A stretch of 64,000 nt of DNA. It comes from Candidatus Latescibacterota bacterium. GTDB taxonomy: Bacteria > Latescibacterota > UBA2968. Shown in pieces: positions 9,633 to 19,797 of this stretch. A program made the position numbers and the translations under genes. The stretch lies in contig OZ244960.1 of assembly GCA_965222605.1 (NCBI GenBank), positions 5,248,001-5,312,000 of the forward strand, given 5' to 3'. The notes below the pieces were generated by a model. The model was not told the DNA's origin. It did not search any database and saw only the letters and a program-made list of their open reading frames with translations. The first letter of the stretch is position 1. Each line of letters opens with the position of its first letter.

Positions 9633-11654
9633 TCAGTATCCTCCTTTTCGCAGACCTTCAGAACAAAAGGTGTGAGCCAGCACATCGAGCTGTCGCATCT
9701 GAAGTGCCTTTGTGCGGTTAGGTGCATAAATCCCCATACTGATTAAAAAGAAACGATTCTGAGCAACATCAAAAAGTGCATAACTTTTAAATGGTCCACC
9801 TTGCCACGCACGTGTATCCTCCCACAGGCCTTCCAGACAAACGGCCAATTTACCCAGAAACTCCGTCTGGTAAATATTCACTTCCCCAGGCGATGTTTGA
9901 TCGCCGCCATAAAAACGGCCCGACACGTCATCCCACTTTTGCAAACACCAATCTGGCGTCAATTGATCGGGATGTACACCATCTTCCCAATATACCCACA
10001 GCCACAATTGTCGCCGATCTATCTGGCGCGCCAGTGCCACAAAGTTCTCGCTTGCATACTCATCCATCACTTCATAGCCCACCGGCACCCGCACGCGCCA
10101 GCCAAATTGCCGTGCCAGAGCTTCAGAATACTCGATATTTTCTCCCGCGTGATACAGAATGGTTTCGAGCCATTTTGCCATAGATGCATCAATCGCCGAC
10201 ACAATGCGGTCGCCATTGAGTGCGACTTGCTCAGCCACACCCTGATCATCTGCAGCGTTGATGGCCACAATTAGCTGATTAGATGCCCACACATCGCGGT
10301 GAATCACTGTCTCATTTTTCGAACGCCCCGTAAGTAGGGGCTGCAAGGCTGGTGCCAGAATACCATTTGGAGATGAAACAAGGATCAAATTGCGGTAAGC
10401 CCGAAACTCCCGAAACGCTTCAGGAGAAACATACACGAGGTCAAACACGTACTCGGGCTGCGGCGTCAACACTGGATCTAACAGTAAATCTTCCAATACT
10501 GGTTTTAACACTTCTCGGTGAGCCTCATCGGCCACAACCACAACTTTACTGGTTAGTCCAATGCCCCGGGGCAGCGGATTGCCGATAAGCACATCTGCCA
10601 GCGGTTTACTCCACCGTGCAATTTTCAGATGGGCTTCTGCGCGACCGGGCACATCAATGAGAGGACCGATTTTTACAGCAATGACACCGACAAATAGAAA
10701 TATCGCAAGCCAGATTGCACAGTGCGACAGCGATGGGCGGCGCTTGCTGAGCAGATATTCAAACCGCTTTACCAGATTTGGATGGCGATTTATAATGCCC
10801 AAACCTATTGGACGCACCCTGCCAATCATCTCTGTCAGGCGCGTCAGACAGATCGCATAATCACGTGCATTGTGACCGTAATGCGTGGCATAATCATCGC
10901 AGGCCATTTCTCGCGTTAGTGACAGTTGCCGACTCAGCCACCAGATGCCCGGATTGCACCAGAAAAAAACTTCCACGAGGCGTTGTACCAGAATGCCCAG
11001 GGCATCTCTGCGTTGAACATGCGCGATTTCATGCTTGAGAATTTGTTCCAGTTCATGCGCTGACAGTCGCGGTATGAGATGTTGTGGTATGAGAACGACC
11101 TGGCGAGAAATACCCAGCACTGCGGGGCTGGCAACAGCATCTGAAATTCGCAAACCAACATCCACTGCGCCAATCCATCTGCGTTTGCACCGCTCAAACC
11201 GAGCCTGAAGATCCTTGCCCGCCCACTTTCCAGATCGCTTCAACCGAATCATCTGACAATATCCCACTGCAATGCGCCCGAGCATTGCAGTGGCAACGGC
11301 CAGCCATAAAATCCAGACGGCAATCGGCCAGGAAAAGATCGACCGGGTTTTCACAGGCGTTGCAATTTGTGGTTGTAATGTCTCACTGACAAGATTGGTA
11401 TCCAGAACTCTGGTTGGGAGAATCGTTGCGTCCGATTCATCTGCGGCATCGTATCGTCCAGGTGTGACGAGAAACAGAGGCATAATCACCACACCAATCA
11501 CGGCGACCCACAACAGGCGGTGCAATAAAAACGCAGGCACACACAAACGCGAAAGCCCTGCTACAATTATTGCAACCAACAATCCCATCCAGATCCCATT
11601 CAGCAGATAAAACACGCTGAGCCGGGCAATGGTATCAATCCATTCGCCCATCAT
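9633..11654 (-). CDS. BlaR1/MecR1-type M56 peptidase fused to a DUF4837-like extracytoplasmic domain
   Basis: TM helices, HEIAH and REMACD motifs; C-terminal half (LTPQPE, YRNLIL, DVWASNQL, GGPF) resembles DUF4837, not a penicillin-binding domain. Confidence 0.8.
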   Translation of the reverse strand: MMGEWIDTIARLSVFYLLNGIWMGLLVAIIVAGLSRLCVPAFLLHRLLWVAVIGVVIMPLFLVTPGRYDAADESDATILPTRVLDTNLVSETLQPQIATPVKTRSIFSWPIAVWILWLAVATAMLGRIAVGYCQMIRLKRSGKWAGKDLQARFERCKRRWIGAVDVGLRISDAVASPAVLGISRQVVLIPQHLIPRLSAHELEQILKHEIAHVQRRDALGILVQRLVEVFFWCNPGIWWLSRQLSLTREMACDDYATHYGHNARDYAICLTRLTEMIGRVRPIGLGIINRHPNLVKRFEYLLSKRRPSLSHCAIWLAIFLFVGVIAVKIGPLIDVPGRAEAHLKIARWSKPLADVLIGNPLPRGIGLTSKVVVVADEAHREVLKPVLEDLLLDPVLTPQPEYVFDLVYVSPEAFREFRAYRNLILVSSPNGILAPALQPLLTGRSKNETVIHRDVWASNQLIVAINAADDQGVAEQVALNGDRIVSAIDASMAKWLETILYHAGENIEYSEALARQFGWRVRVPVGYEVMDEYASENFVALARQIDRRQLWLWVYWEDGVHPDQLTPDWCLQKWDDVSGRFYGGDQTSPGEVNIYQTEFLGKLAVCLEGLWEDTRAWQGGPFKSYALFDVAQNRFFLISMGIYAPNRTKALQMRQLDVLAHTFCSEGLRKGGY

Positions 11655-12040
11655 GTTTCATCCTCCTCTGCCCGCTGAATCATTTTGTGAATGCGGGCGA
11701 GATCTTGCGCATCGAGTTCTTCATTTTCCACCAGATTGAGCACCAGAGTTTCTGGTGAATTGTCGAAAAAACGACTCATCAGATACCGAATGGCGCTTCG
11801 TTGTGCATCCTCCCGCCCCACGATTGGATAATACACAAATGCCCTGCCTTCTTTTTCATGCCGCAAATACCCCTTCTGTTCCAGAATGCGCAATATTGTC
11901 AATACCGTGCTATACGCCGGAGATTCACGTCCCGCAAGTGTATTGACAACCTCGCTCACTGTAGCCGAGCCGCGGTCCCAAAGCACCTGCATCAATCTCA
12001 GTTCGGCATCTGTCAGAGTAGGGGATCTTCGTCTGCCCAT
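11651..12040 (-). CDS. BlaI/MecI/CopY-family repressor
   Basis: LTDAELRLMQVLW, AYSTVLTILRILEQKGY; 4-nt overlap with the M56 gene. Confidence 0.93.
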   Translation of the reverse strand: MGRRRSPTLTDAELRLMQVLWDRGSATVSEVVNTLAGRESPAYSTVLTILRILEQKGYLRHEKEGRAFVYYPIVGREDAQRSAIRYLMSRFFDNSPETLVLNLVENEELDAQDLARIHKMIQRAEEDET

Positions 12041-12049
12041 AGAGACCTC

Positions 12050-12123
12050 ACTATTAAATAATTAATACTTCCAAAACAAATATGAAAAAAAAGAAAGTGA
12101 ATGTCAATTAAAAATTTAATACT
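12050..12123. promoter_or_regulatory. two candidate BlaI operators
   Basis: ACTATTAAATAATTAATACT (12050-12069) and TCAATTAAAAATTTAATACT (12104-12123) resemble the 9564 palindrome. Confidence 0.6.
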
Positions 12124-12186
12124 TCAATGAAAAAAGAGACAGATTGGTAGGATAAGGGGGTGGAGACAAGCCCGATCCAAAGACCT

Positions 12187-12211
12187 TGCCTGTGCGTCGC
12201 ACGCAGACAGG
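12187..12211. repeat. small REP-like palindromic element
   Basis: TGCCTGTGCGTCGCACGCAGACAGG, imperfect CCTG...CAGG hairpin just downstream of a stop codon; single copy in window. Confidence 0.4.
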
Positions 12212-12228
12212 GACGCGCGGACACAGGA

Positions 12229-13209
12229 TCACTTAAACTTCAGGGGCTTGCCTTCTCGGGCAGATTGATAGACCGCTTCGAGGAGTGCTACCGTGCGGCG
12301 GCCTTCGCGTCCATCTACAGATAGCGGCGTTCCTCTGGTCACGGCATTGACCACGTCTTCGACAATGCTGTGAACGTTATTTTCGACGCTGTCGAGTTTT
12401 TCCTGAAGCCCTTTGCCGTAAACCGTCATCTCTCCATTCAAAACATCGTGCAGCAAAATACCGCCTTCTGTTCCGTGTACCTCTGCGCTGAAATACACAC
12501 TCTGAGGAAAGGTCGTAGTGCCCAGAATTGTGCCTTTTGCCCCGTTCTCAAAATTCAGGATTGCCAGTCCTATGTCTTCGGTCTCAATCTCGTGATTTAC
12601 AATGTCGATTTCGCCGTACACAGAAACCGGGTCGCCCATAAACCAGCTCAATACATCGAGCAGATGTGCGCCCTGGTTGGCCAATGAGCCGCCGCCATCC
12701 ATATCCCATGTCCCGCGCCAACCATCATCGTGTAAAAAATAGTCGTCAGATCGAAACCACTTAAAACGCACTTCACCCAATATCATCTTGCCCAGCCAGC
12801 CTTCCCGAATTGCGGTTGCCACCTTGACATTGCCATCCACGTATCGGCTTTGATAATCCACACCGCACAATACGCCGGCATCTTCACAAGCCGCAATGAG
12901 CCGATCACACGCTTCGGTGCTCACATCCATGGGCTTGGTGGTAATTACATGCTTGCCCGCTTTTGCCGCTTCAATGCCCACCTGGGCATGTTTGCCGCTC
13001 GGCGTCATCACCATTACTACATCTACATCATCTCGCGCAAACATATGTTCTGTATTTACAACACAATCCGTCTCTAATTCCTGTGCCACTTCCTCAGCCA
13101 GATCGCCGTGCAGATCGCACACGACCTTTAAATCTGCACCGGCTGTCTCTTTAATCAACCGCGCCCTGTTGCGCCCCATGCCCAGGCCAATAACGCCAAA
13201 ACCGACCAT
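12229..13209 (-). CDS. Gfo/Idh/MocA-family oxidoreductase
   Basis: GVIGLGMG Rossmann start, TKPM, WRGTWDMDGGGSLANQGAH; AGGAGG RBS before 13209. Confidence 0.9.
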   Translation of the reverse strand: MVGFGVIGLGMGRNRARLIKETAGADLKVVCDLHGDLAEEVAQELETDCVVNTEHMFARDDVDVVMVMTPSGKHAQVGIEAAKAGKHVITTKPMDVSTEACDRLIAACEDAGVLCGVDYQSRYVDGNVKVATAIREGWLGKMILGEVRFKWFRSDDYFLHDDGWRGTWDMDGGGSLANQGAHLLDVLSWFMGDPVSVYGEIDIVNHEIETEDIGLAILNFENGAKGTILGTTTFPQSVYFSAEVHGTEGGILLHDVLNGEMTVYGKGLQEKLDSVENNVHSIVEDVVNAVTRGTPLSVDGREGRRTVALLEAVYQSAREGKPLKFK

Positions 13210-13237
13210 ATTGTCCTCCTGTATCTCGCGTAATTTT

Positions 13238-14245
13238 TCAGGCACAATCGGGATGGCCTTCCTTCCACCGCCCGAACAGAACATCGGTCTGCCCGTCCTG
13301 ATTGACCATCGACATCGCCTTTCGGGTGTCCAACCACATTTGTGTCCACACTTTTGCATTTCTCAATTCGCGCTCGGGATGTTTGCGGCTGCGTGCGACA
13401 AAGCCCGGAAATGCCTCGCGTCCGGTCAGCTGACCGATGGGGTTATAACGCAGATCAAAACTCCAGCGAATTTTATCGCTCACATTGGGCAGCGATCCGT
13501 GTACTGTGCACTTGGGAAGAAAAATGACATCTCCTCGTTTGACCGGCAGTGGTGTCATGCGTTCGGCTTCAAACAGCGATTCGGGTATTTGCCGCCCGCC
13601 CGCTGTTTTGGGACCATTCCCAAAATACGACGAACAGTGCGTCAAAAGCCCGTGTTTGTGGCTGCCGGGCACGACTTTTAGAGGACCTTGTTCAAGATTG
13701 ACGTCTTCGAGTGCAAACCACACTGTCAACATATTTGTCTCATCTGCTTCTGGTACAACCACGCCCTGATCCTGGTGCCAGATCGTTTCTCCCAAAATCG
13801 GATTTCCAAACTGGTTTTTGGGCAAAATATGCTCGGGCGGTTTAATCCGCACATGTTGTACGGGATTCGAGTAAATTTCTGGACCGATGAGCGATTCCAC
13901 ACAATCGAGTAGGGATTCAGCCGTGAAGGCATTGAGAACTGCCTGTCCCGTCCAGAAAGGTGTGTCGGACTTCACGTTTTGAAATGGTAGCGAAAAATCG
14001 AAATACTGTTTGTGTACATCACCTGTTTCAATACAGACCGCGATAAATCGCTCGGCAAAATCGAGATCCTCGAACAAAGAAGAAATTTCTTCTCGCTCGT
14101 AAAGATCGCGTATCAAATTGTCGAGTACTTCTGTGTACTCTTCAATCACAGGATCCAACACGGTTTTCGGATCCAACACGCCCTCCACCACCAGATATCC
14201 TTCTTCTTCAAACTGTGCAATCTGCTCGGCAGTTAGGCAACCCAT
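13238..14245 (-). CDS. phytanoyl-CoA dioxygenase (PhyH) family Fe/2OG enzyme
   Basis: FEEEGYLVV, WHQD, VPGSH, VHGS..N...RWSFDLRY. Confidence 0.9.
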   Translation of the reverse strand: MGCLTAEQIAQFEEEGYLVVEGVLDPKTVLDPVIEEYTEVLDNLIRDLYEREEISSLFEDLDFAERFIAVCIETGDVHKQYFDFSLPFQNVKSDTPFWTGQAVLNAFTAESLLDCVESLIGPEIYSNPVQHVRIKPPEHILPKNQFGNPILGETIWHQDQGVVVPEADETNMLTVWFALEDVNLEQGPLKVVPGSHKHGLLTHCSSYFGNGPKTAGGRQIPESLFEAERMTPLPVKRGDVIFLPKCTVHGSLPNVSDKIRWSFDLRYNPIGQLTGREAFPGFVARSRKHPERELRNAKVWTQMWLDTRKAMSMVNQDGQTDVLFGRWKEGHPDCA

Positions 14246-14311
14246 GGTATTCCTCCTTTTTGTGGGACGTTTAACAGCTTTTGCTGTAATTCAATCTTAG
14301 AGCCTCATGCG

Positions 14312-15202
14312 CTATTGTCCTGCTGTGACCAGCGTTAGCGCATCGGGCATAATTTCAAACATCAGTTCTTTTGGGCCATTCTCTACTTCGCCATCAAATT
14401 GAAACCAATCGCTTTTCTCGCGCGCGATATGGACTTTTTGAGCCCGAAATATCTCGACGCCGGGCATTCGGTCAAAAGTGCCATTAAAAAGTCGATAGGT
14501 ATTCAATACCAGGCGAATCCACCCCGGATGCGTAAACACGCACACATCGAGAAGCCCATCATCTGGCATTGCCTGGGGGACAATGGTTGCGCCACCTCCG
14601 TAGTGCGGTATGTTGGCAATGGCAACGAACAAAGGCGTGCGCTCAATTTCACCGTCAGAATCCAATTTCAACCGCAATGTCTGAGGGCGATATGAGAGAA
14701 GCGACAGCGCGGTGAGCACCAGGTAGGGCAAGAATCCGCGGCGCCCCGTCCGATTTGCATACCGATGGGCAATCTCTGCATCTAAGCCAATACCCGCCGA
14801 AGAAAAAAACAGGGCATTGCCCACGCGCCCCACATCGAGTTTTCGAATCTCTGGCTGAATAAAGGCGCGACAGGCTTTTGCCGGATCAAAAGATAAATTT
14901 AACGCACGCGCAAACGCATTGCCCGATCCAGCGGGTACCACTCCCAGGGGCATCTCTGTGCCGAGTAGTGCGCGTCCAACTTCGTTAATGGTGCCATCGC
15001 CACCAATAGCTACCACCAGATCGAACCCCATTTCGGATGCGCCTGTTGCCAATTCTGTAGCGTGCCCCGCATACTGCGTCTCTTCAATAGCAAAATCCAT
15101 TCCCGCTTTTTTACACGCGGCAATCACGCGAGGTCGAATATTGCGTTGCACACCTGCATGCGGATTCGCAATGAAGAGCACGCGGGAAAATTGCACACTC
15201 AT
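14312..15202 (-). CDS. YegS/DAGK-family lipid kinase
   Basis: ANPHAG, GGDGTINE, PAGSGNAFA, QFDGE. Confidence 0.92.
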   Translation of the reverse strand: MSVQFSRVLFIANPHAGVQRNIRPRVIAACKKAGMDFAIEETQYAGHATELATGASEMGFDLVVAIGGDGTINEVGRALLGTEMPLGVVPAGSGNAFARALNLSFDPAKACRAFIQPEIRKLDVGRVGNALFFSSAGIGLDAEIAHRYANRTGRRGFLPYLVLTALSLLSYRPQTLRLKLDSDGEIERTPLFVAIANIPHYGGGATIVPQAMPDDGLLDVCVFTHPGWIRLVLNTYRLFNGTFDRMPGVEIFRAQKVHIAREKSDWFQFDGEVENGPKELMFEIMPDALTLVTAGQ

Positions 15203-15786
15203 GTATGTAAAAAATCGACCAGGGTCTGACCGATATCCCTCAAAATTTTTGGCGAAGGTTGTGATACATCAATTTGTTGTACGATTCCTTTGGGATAATG
15301 CTCCAATACAGCAATTGTTTGACGGTCGTACACGTCGAATCTTTTGCGAATAATTTGTTCATTTGCGTCATCAATGCGGTATGCGACGAGCGCGCGCCCA
15401 AAAAGGCGTTTGACCAGTACATTCCGGTCTGGACAATCCAATACCATGATCAATTTTACATTTAAGTTTTTATCGGCCATTTGAGCCTGGGCCAGTGTAC
15501 GCGGTATTCCATCTAAAATCAATGTCTGTTCGTTGGGCTTAAAATCACCAAAATCAACCAGGCGCTGCATGCGTTCTCGCCACAGTGCAACGACAAATTC
15601 ATCGGGCACCAACTCGCCTTTGCGTATGCTCGCCAGAGCCATTTCCCCTGGCTGGCTATTGACGTCCAGTGCCCTGAGCATATCGCCACTTGAAAAATGG
15701 TATAAACCTGGAATTTGTTTTAACACACTCCCCCATGTGCCCTTGCCAGCACCGGGGGGTCCAAATAACAAGACAGTCTCATACAT
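15199..15786 (-). CDS. adenylate/nucleoside monophosphate kinase (short LID)
   Basis: GPPGAGKGT, SSGDMLR, GELVPD, LDGIPR, RIDD. Confidence 0.85.
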   Translation of the reverse strand: MYETVLLFGPPGAGKGTWGSVLKQIPGLYHFSSGDMLRALDVNSQPGEMALASIRKGELVPDEFVVALWRERMQRLVDFGDFKPNEQTLILDGIPRTLAQAQMADKNLNVKLIMVLDCPDRNVLVKRLFGRALVAYRIDDANEQIIRKRFDVYDRQTIAVLEHYPKGIVQQIDVSQPSPKILRDIGQTLVDFLHT

Positions 15787-15949
15787 CGGCACAACTCCCG
15801 CGTTTGTCTTTTTGACATAATGGAAATATGACTGTATAATTAAGCTATCAGCTCCTGCCCTTCCACCCCTACGCACAGTACAACGAAGTAACGGAATATC
15901 GCTGCTTGTTTTGCTGACTACTGATCGCTTCCTTAATCAGGAGAATATC

Positions 15950-16567
15950 ATGGATCTCGATCCCGCTGCTGTATCGCTCAAAAAAAACGGCGATAAAATC
16001 GAAGCTCTTATCCACGGAAAGACCACATCTGTCGATCGCGTGGCCCGCGCGTTTCCCCAAAGCAATCCCGATCAATTTGTCAGCTTGATGGATGAATTGG
16101 GGCACGAAATTGGCATTATTGAGAATCCCAAAATACTCGACACGGCCTCGCGCAATTTGCTCGAAGCCGAACTCAAAGCCATCTATTTTGTCCCGACCAT
16201 CAGCGCCATAACTTCCGTCGTATCCAAAGGCACGGGCAGTCAGTGGACTGTTGACACCGATGATGGCGAATATACTTTCCGCATTTTGGGACGAGACGCA
16301 CTAAAGGGCAATGAACCGCCTGCAATTGAAATTACGGATGAACACGGCAAGCGATACAAAATTGACAATTACTGGGATCTCGATGCCGACAGCCGAGATC
16401 TCACCTCTGACCTTTTGCCCGATAAAGTTGTCAAGGCGCGCTATTACACCCGATCGATCTCGGGTAGTAGAAGAGGCAGAAGCAGAGGTTCGAGCAGTCG
16501 CGGTGGCGGCGGTGGCGGCGGCGGTGGCGGCGGTGGCGGTGGCGGATCGATTATTGGTATTCGGTGA
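15950..16567 (+). CDS. DUF1854-like protein with Arg/Ser/poly-Gly tail
   Basis: RAFPQSNPDQFVSL...EIGII...YFVPTI...WTVDTD; GGAG RBS. Confidence 0.75.
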   Translation: MDLDPAAVSLKKNGDKIEALIHGKTTSVDRVARAFPQSNPDQFVSLMDELGHEIGIIENPKILDTASRNLLEAELKAIYFVPTISAITSVVSKGTGSQWTVDTDDGEYTFRILGRDALKGNEPPAIEITDEHGKRYKIDNYWDLDADSRDLTSDLLPDKVVKARYYTRSISGSRRGRSRGSSSRGGGGGGGGGGGGGGGSIIGIR

Positions 16568-16587
16568 TTCGCCGGGCAAGCGACCGG

Positions 16588-17757
16588 CTATCGCACCCCC
16601 AATAGCAGTTCGGCCAGCAACTGATCCAGACGCTCATAGCCCAATCCAACGCGTCCCATTGCATCGATGTCAAATTGCACTTGTTTGAGTGCCTGCGATT
16701 TTTCCCGGCTGTATTTGCCCAGATGCTGTTCATATTCGGGGTTGTGGTTTCCGATTTCTTGCAAAATCCCCTGAATTTCAGCATCTGATTCAAATTGTGT
16801 CGTTTTTTCTTTTAAGATATTGTACGTACGCATACACCCTGCGGCAAAATCCCATACCCCTTCTTCGTCTTCTGTGCGAAATGCGTGTGCGTCGAAGTGT
16901 CTCGGACCCGCATAACCGTTGTTCTCGAGCAAGCGCACGAGCAAAAAGGCACTTTTGTAATCCTCTGAGCCAAACCGAAAATCCTGATCATAGCGACCAA
17001 AACGCTGGTCGTTTAAGTCAATATGGAAAAGTTTGCCCACCTCGAGTGCTTGCGCCACGCCGTGGTGGAAATTTAATCCCGCCATGTGTTCGTGTGCAAC
17101 TTCCGGGTTGACGCCTACCATCTCGGGGTGATCTAATGTTTCGATAAACGCCAGATAATGCCCGGTTGTGGGAAAGTACATATCGCCACGCGGTTCATTG
17201 GGTTTGGCCTCGAGCGCGAAATTCAAATCGTATTTCTGGTCGCGCACGTAATCACACAAATAGTTTAAGCCATCGCGGTAGCGTTTGAGGGCGTCGATGG
17301 GATCTTTCGCCACATTGCATTCGGCGCCTTCGCGTCCGCCCCAAAATACATAGGTTTTTGCACCCAATTCGACGCCTAAATCAATGGCGTGCATAATTTT
17401 TTGCAAGCCATAAGCGCGAATTTTGGGATCGTTGGACGTAAAGCCCCCATCCTTAAATACGGGATGAGAAAATGTATTGGTGGTTGCCATGGGCACGACC
17501 ATGCCGCAATTTTTTAGTGCATTTTTGAAATCGCTCACAATTTTATCGCGCTGCTGCGGTGTGGCATCAATTGGTACGAGGTCGTTGTCGTGCAGGTTAA
17601 TGCCCCACGCGCCCAGTTCGCTCAAGCGTTGCACAATCCGTTCGGGCGCAAGTTGTCGCCGCGTTGGGTCGCCAAAGGGGTCGCGGCCGGGATTTCCCAC
17701 TGTCCACAAACCAAATGAAAATTTATCTTCTTTTTTTGGCGTATATGCATCGGCCAT
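16588..17757 (-). CDS. xylA: xylose isomerase (short class I type)
   Basis: [39 protein letters not shown]. Confidence 0.95.
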   Translation of the reverse strand: MADAYTPKKEDKFSFGLWTVGNPGRDPFGDPTRRQLAPERIVQRLSELGAWGINLHDNDLVPIDATPQQRDKIVSDFKNALKNCGMVVPMATTNTFSHPVFKDGGFTSNDPKIRAYGLQKIMHAIDLGVELGAKTYVFWGGREGAECNVAKDPIDALKRYRDGLNYLCDYVRDQKYDLNFALEAKPNEPRGDMYFPTTGHYLAFIETLDHPEMVGVNPEVAHEHMAGLNFHHGVAQALEVGKLFHIDLNDQRFGRYDQDFRFGSEDYKSAFLLVRLLENNGYAGPRHFDAHAFRTEDEEGVWDFAAGCMRTYNILKEKTTQFESDAEIQGILQEIGNHNPEYEQHLGKYSREKSQALKQVQFDIDAMGRVGLGYERLDQLLAELLLGVR

Positions 17758-17894
17758 TGGACCTCCTCAAATGCATTGAGAGTGATAAGGTTATATAGCC
17801 CGTTGTGGGCGAGGCTGTAAATACTCAATGTGCAAAATATCATGGCGTAGTCTGGCTGTCAATGGACAATTCCACAACTCATCGGGAGCACAAA

Positions 17895-19130
17895 ATGATT
17901 ATCCGCGATCCCGTTCACGGCGATATGTCCTTTAATGAATTCGAACGCCGGGTTATGGACACGCGACAAATGCAACGTCTGCGCGGTGTGCGACAAACAG
18001 GATCGGCATATCTGGTTTATCCCGGTTGCGTACACACGCGATTTGAACACTCGCTGGGAACAACGGCTATGTCGCGTCGCGTGCTCGATGTCTTGAGACG
18101 TGGCGGTGCGCAAATCAAACCCGAGCAGGCCGATGCAGTCGCACTGGCCGCGCTGGTTCACGACATCTCCCACTTGCCCTTTGGGCATACGTTTGAAGAT
18201 GAACGCAAGCTTTTTCCACGCCATGACACAGCCGCTCGCATGAAACACTTCTTATCGCAAACAGAAATCGCGCAAGCACTCGATGCTTCGGGCCTGCGCG
18301 ATACGGTGGTTTCTCTGCTTACGGACAAATCGTTTTCACCGGCATGGATGCAGCAGATTGTGTCCAGCACCATCGATGCCGACTTACTCGATTATTTGCG
18401 TCGCGATGCGTATTTTGCAGGCCTGCGCCAGGATTATGACGACCGAATTTTTAGCACCTTTATGCTTGCCAATGAAAGTCTTGCAATTGATTTGACCCGT
18501 CTCAGCACGCGCACCGAGTTGCTGCACTTGTTGCGGTTGCGCTATTTTCTCACCGAGCGAGTTTATTATCACCACGCCAAAGTGGTATCGGGTGCTATGA
18601 TTGCCAAAGCCGTCGAAATCGCCACCGAACACGGTCTTGCTGAAACCGATCTCTACACCCTGACGGACGACGCTCTGTTTCACCTCTTGCTCTGCTATAA
18701 AGATCCGCGCATTGGCCGCCTGATCAACGGCGTTTGCGAACGGCGTTTGCTCAAACGAGCCTATATGATTTCGACTGCCGAAGTGGGGCGCAGAGGACGC
18801 GATGAATTGATCGCCACCTACAATCGATCTGTCGAGAATAGACAGCAAGTTGAGCGACAAATTGCCGATGCTGTAACCATCAATCCCGATCAAATTATTC
18901 TCTATTGCTCAGATATCTCGGCCATCAAAGAAGCGCGTGTGCGCGTTGTCACGCGCAATGGCTTGAGCCGCCTGAACGATCCCCCCGACAATCCGCCTTT
19001 TGATGTAAAGGTCGTGGAAGACCAGTATGAACGGCTCTGGAAATTCTACATTTTTGCACCCGAAGGTTATAGAGAACGCGTTGGGCAGGTGTGCGAGCGC
19101 GTATTTGGCGAACCAAACGCGCTACTATAA
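17895..19130 (+). CDS. HD-domain phosphohydrolase (SAMHD1/dNTP triphosphohydrolase-like)
   Basis: IRDPVHG, QRLR, HTRFEHSLG, HDISHLPFGH, DADLLDYLRRD. Confidence 0.88.
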   Translation: MIIRDPVHGDMSFNEFERRVMDTRQMQRLRGVRQTGSAYLVYPGCVHTRFEHSLGTTAMSRRVLDVLRRGGAQIKPEQADAVALAALVHDISHLPFGHTFEDERKLFPRHDTAARMKHFLSQTEIAQALDASGLRDTVVSLLTDKSFSPAWMQQIVSSTIDADLLDYLRRDAYFAGLRQDYDDRIFSTFMLANESLAIDLTRLSTRTELLHLLRLRYFLTERVYYHHAKVVSGAMIAKAVEIATEHGLAETDLYTLTDDALFHLLLCYKDPRIGRLINGVCERRLLKRAYMISTAEVGRRGRDELIATYNRSVENRQQVERQIADAVTINPDQIILYCSDISAIKEARVRVVTRNGLSRLNDPPDNPPFDVKVVEDQYERLWKFYIFAPEGYRERVGQVCERVFGEPNALL

Positions 19131-19136
19131 CGATCT

Positions 19137-19646
19137 TTATTGAGACCGCTGTGACCGGTGTTTGACGCGATCAAATAACGGCATATCTGCCCGTCCAGTG
19201 CGTTCCATCTTCCTGTGGCATGAAGGGCATAGGCTGATCAGATTGCTCAGTTTATTTGCCTCTTTTGGCGAGTCGAAAAGCCGGTACGGTATTTTGTGGT
19301 GCACATCCATTTGTCGTCCGAGAGCGTCTTCTGTAATCCCGCAAGACGCGCAACAAAATCCATCGCGCGCGTGCGCCTTGTCCGCCTGAATTTTCCAATT
19401 TCCCCCGCGATACTCTGGGCGGCCTTCCAGCACGAGTTCAAAATCCTCATCAGATTCCCAATGGGTTCTGCATTTGTTGCTGCAAAATAGGGAGCGCATG
19501 CCCTTTTCAACATACCAGCGCGGCTGAGAAAATCGCTTGTCGCATAGCATACATCTCACGGTGATATTGTCTTCGCGCCGAATTTTTTTTTCTTCGCCAA
19601 ACGACAGGCGCATTTGCGGCGATGATAAATGATTTTTTTTGTTCAT
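19137..19646 (-). CDS. HNH endonuclease with N-terminal Zn finger
   Basis: CxxC...FCSxxC; RDGFCCASCG...DVHH...NLISLCPSCH. Confidence 0.85.
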   Translation of the reverse strand: MNKKNHLSSPQMRLSFGEEKKIRREDNITVRCMLCDKRFSQPRWYVEKGMRSLFCSNKCRTHWESDEDFELVLEGRPEYRGGNWKIQADKAHARDGFCCASCGITEDALGRQMDVHHKIPYRLFDSPKEANKLSNLISLCPSCHRKMERTGRADMPLFDRVKHRSQRSQ

Positions 19647-19797
19647 CGTTTTAAAACCTCACACATTAATAGCGCACTCGATTGGTCCAAATATAGGTTG
19701 GAATAAACTGCAAGTCCATAGAATGTTGCGTAAAGATTGGATATTGTGTCTGAATTTATTATAATAATTCGCACTTACACCTGAACAGGAGAACCCC

